Part shown: one piece after another, positions 62,028 through 64,000 of the stretch
Position numbering within the stretch: the first letter of the stretch is position 1
How the letters are laid out: each line of letters opens with the position of its first letter
Assembly (NCBI GenBank): GCA_963555825.3
Contig: CAUVXB020000002.1
Location: 3,520,001 to 3,584,000 of the forward strand
From: Alphaproteobacteria bacterium
Lineage (GTDB): Bacteria > Pseudomonadota > Alphaproteobacteria > JAAXGF01
DNA length: 64,000 nt
Direction of reading: 5' to 3'
Notes under the pieces: model-generated
What the model was told of the DNA's origin: nothing
Seen by the model: the letters and a program-made list of their open reading frames with translations, nothing else
Databases searched by the model: none
Translations under genes and position numbers: made by a program

Positions 62028-62780
62028 ATGGCGATTTTGGAGGTCCGCGATCTTCACGCGCGTTATTCCGCCAGCGGCCCGGAAATTCTGAAAGGCGTCT
62101 CATTTAGCGTCGAGGATGATGATTTCTTTGCCATCATCGGCCCCAGCGGCGCCGGCAAATCGACCCTGATCCGCTGCATCAACCGGCTGGTGGAGCCAAG
62201 CGGCGGCGAAATAATATTTTGCGATCGCGAGATTACCAAACTGCCCGGCCGCCAACTGCGCAGGCTGCGGCGGGATATCGGCATGATATTTCAGGAATTC
62301 AACCTGATCGACCGCATGAGCGTCATGGACAACGTGCTGTCCGGCCGCCTCGGCTACACCAGCAATCTGCGCAGCTTGTTCCGCACCTTCCCGCGCAGCG
62401 ATATTCAGCATGCCCTGGACCTTCTCGATCGGGTCGGATTGTCGGAGCACGTGGACAAACGCGCCGACGAGCTTTCCGGCGGACAGCGCCAAAGGGTGGG
62501 CATCTGCCGGGCCCTGATGCAAAACCCGAAACTGCTGCTGGTGGATGAACCCACCTCGGCCCTCGACCCGAAGATTTCCCGCGAGGTCATGGCGCTTATC
62601 AAACAGATGGCCACGGAACTCAAGGTGCCGTGCCTGTGCAATATTCACGATGTGCAATTGGCCATGGAGTTCTGCAACAAGATTATCGGCCTCCAGGACG
62701 GCAATAAGATGTTCGACGGCCCGACCGGGGAAATGGACCAGGCCAAGCTCGACGAAATCTACGCCATGGAAGTTCTGTAG
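62028..62780 (+). CDS. phnC: Phosphonate ABC transporter ATP-binding protein
   Basis: GPSGAGKST, NVLSGRLGY, LSGGQRQRV, DEPTSALDP, NIH. Confidence 0.9.
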   Translation: MAILEVRDLHARYSASGPEILKGVSFSVEDDDFFAIIGPSGAGKSTLIRCINRLVEPSGGEIIFCDREITKLPGRQLRRLRRDIGMIFQEFNLIDRMSVMDNVLSGRLGYTSNLRSLFRTFPRSDIQHALDLLDRVGLSEHVDKRADELSGGQRQRVGICRALMQNPKLLLVDEPTSALDPKISREVMALIKQMATELKVPCLCNIHDVQLAMEFCNKIIGLQDGNKMFDGPTGEMDQAKLDEIYAMEVL

Positions 62781-63617
62781 ATGGCCACGCGCGACGCCCA
62801 GGAATCACCGGCGCCCAGACCCACGGTCGACGATATCATTCGATCGCGGCGCCAGAACCGCTACGCCAAGGGCGCATTCTATGTGCTGCTTTTGATCATG
62901 GTGGTGTGGAGCATCAAAGTCACCGTGATCGAGGACACGGATTGGGCGCGGATCGGCTCCGTGGGGAAAGTGATCGAAGCGGCCAACCGCTTCATCGGAA
63001 TCGATTTTTCACTGTTCCCATCGCTCATTGGGCCGACCATCGAAACCCTGATGATCGCCTGTCTGGGGACCTTGCTGGGGGTCTTTCTGTGCATTCCCGC
63101 GGCCTGGTTCGGGGCCCACAACATCACGCCTTACAAACCCATCACCTATCCCCTGGCGCGCCTGATGATGACCCTCAGCCGCTCCATTCACGAGATCGTC
63201 TGGGCCCTGTTCTTCGTCGCCGCCGTCGGCCTCGGCGCCCTCGCCGGGGTTCTCGCCCTGGCCGTCCGTTCGATCGGATTTATCGCCAAGATGTCCGCCG
63301 AGGCCATCGAGGATATCGACCCGGGGCCTGTGGAAGCGATTCGTGCGGTCGGCGGCAATGACTTCCAGGTGATGATCTACGGCATCCTGCCCCAGGTGCT
63401 GCCCCAGGTGCTCAGCGTCGTCGTCTTCGAATGGGAAATCAACATCCGCCGTTCGGCGATCCTGGGATTGGTCGGCGCCGGAGGTCTGGGTTTGGTCTTC
63501 TTCCGGCAGATGAACACCTTCAACTACTACGGCGTGACCTCGGTCATTATCGCCATCCTGTTCCTGATTCTGCTGGGCGAGGTATTTTCTTATTACTCCC
63601 GAAAGGCGGTGATCTGA
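62781..63617 (+). CDS. phnE: Phosphonate ABC transporter permease 1
   Basis: ETLMIA..GT, RSIHEIVWALFF, EAIE.ID.GPVEA, EINIRRSAILGLVGAGGLG. Confidence 0.9.
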   Translation: MATRDAQESPAPRPTVDDIIRSRRQNRYAKGAFYVLLLIMVVWSIKVTVIEDTDWARIGSVGKVIEAANRFIGIDFSLFPSLIGPTIETLMIACLGTLLGVFLCIPAAWFGAHNITPYKPITYPLARLMMTLSRSIHEIVWALFFVAAVGLGALAGVLALAVRSIGFIAKMSAEAIEDIDPGPVEAIRAVGGNDFQVMIYGILPQVLPQVLSVVVFEWEINIRRSAILGLVGAGGLGLVFFRQMNTFNYYGVTSVIIAILFLILLGEVFSYYSRKAVI

Positions 63618-64000
63618 TGAGCCGGGCCGTGGAACCACAGCGGGAGTGGCGCCGCTTCAAGTATCCGGACTCGGTGATCCGTTACGGCGTTTGGGTCTTC
63701 ATACTGGTTTTCCTCGTCTATACGGTCGAGTACCTAGAAATTCCCCTGGATCGTTTGTTCGGCATGTTTGGGCGCATGGGCTCGACCCTCGCCAACAGGT
63801 ACTATCCGCCGGACATCGAATACATCATGGACCGGGACTACTTGGAATATGTCATCGAGACCGTTCAGATGGCGTATCTGGGTGCGTTGTTCGGACTCCT
63901 GGCGTCGGTGCCGCTCGGTTGGTTCGGTTCCTACAACATGACCCCGAGCCGCCGTTTCGTCTATCCGGTGGCGCGGCTCATCACCATGGCCTGTCGCGCC
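63617..64000 (+). CDS. phnE: Phosphonate ABC transporter permease 2 (runs off the window)
   Basis: TGATG overlap; my translation MSRAVEPQREWRRF...YYPPD...IETVQMAYLGALFG...NMTP resembles permease 1. Confidence 0.85.
   Translation, partial: MSRAVEPQREWRRFKYPDSVIRYGVWVFILVFLVYTVEYLEIPLDRLFGMFGRMGSTLANRYYPPDIEYIMDRDYLEYVIETVQMAYLGALFGLLASVPLGWFGSYNMTPSRRFVYPVARLITMACRA

Overview
High-GC alphaproteobacterial chromosome (Rhodospirillales-like gene order; taxon is an inference). Bases 1-27.5 kb are conserved core: envC-like/ctpA/divergent polysaccharide deacetylase/rppH, the F1 operon atpHAGDC, priA, a transaldolase, DUF484-xerC, and the mdh-sucCD-sucAB-lpdA TCA cluster. Several ~260-bp structured MITE-like repeats sit between these genes. 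From ~25 kb on the window is accessory and heavily invaded by IS elements: IS630 x3, IS256 x2, an ISNCY/ISDol1-like element, IS3-like elements, IS4, IS1380, an IS21 end and an IS1182-type MITE. A 5.8-kb four-element IS nest can be peeled apart exactly from its target duplications. The most interesting cargo: (i) four translationally coupled class III adenylate cyclase-TolB-like-TPR genes with homogenised catalytic halves and divergent TPR halves, now separated from their probable promoter by the IS nest; (ii) an Fe/2OG dioxygenase coupled to an active-site-variant SHMT, near an Fe-alcohol dehydrogenase-PhnDCEE operon; (iii) two CoA-acylating aldehyde dehydrogenases, one lying between duplicated zapE 5' ends; (iv) two tandem CmcJ/NvfI-like oxidoreductases. 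I saw no rRNA, tRNA or CRISPR array. All family calls come from motif recognition by eye; no searches were run.
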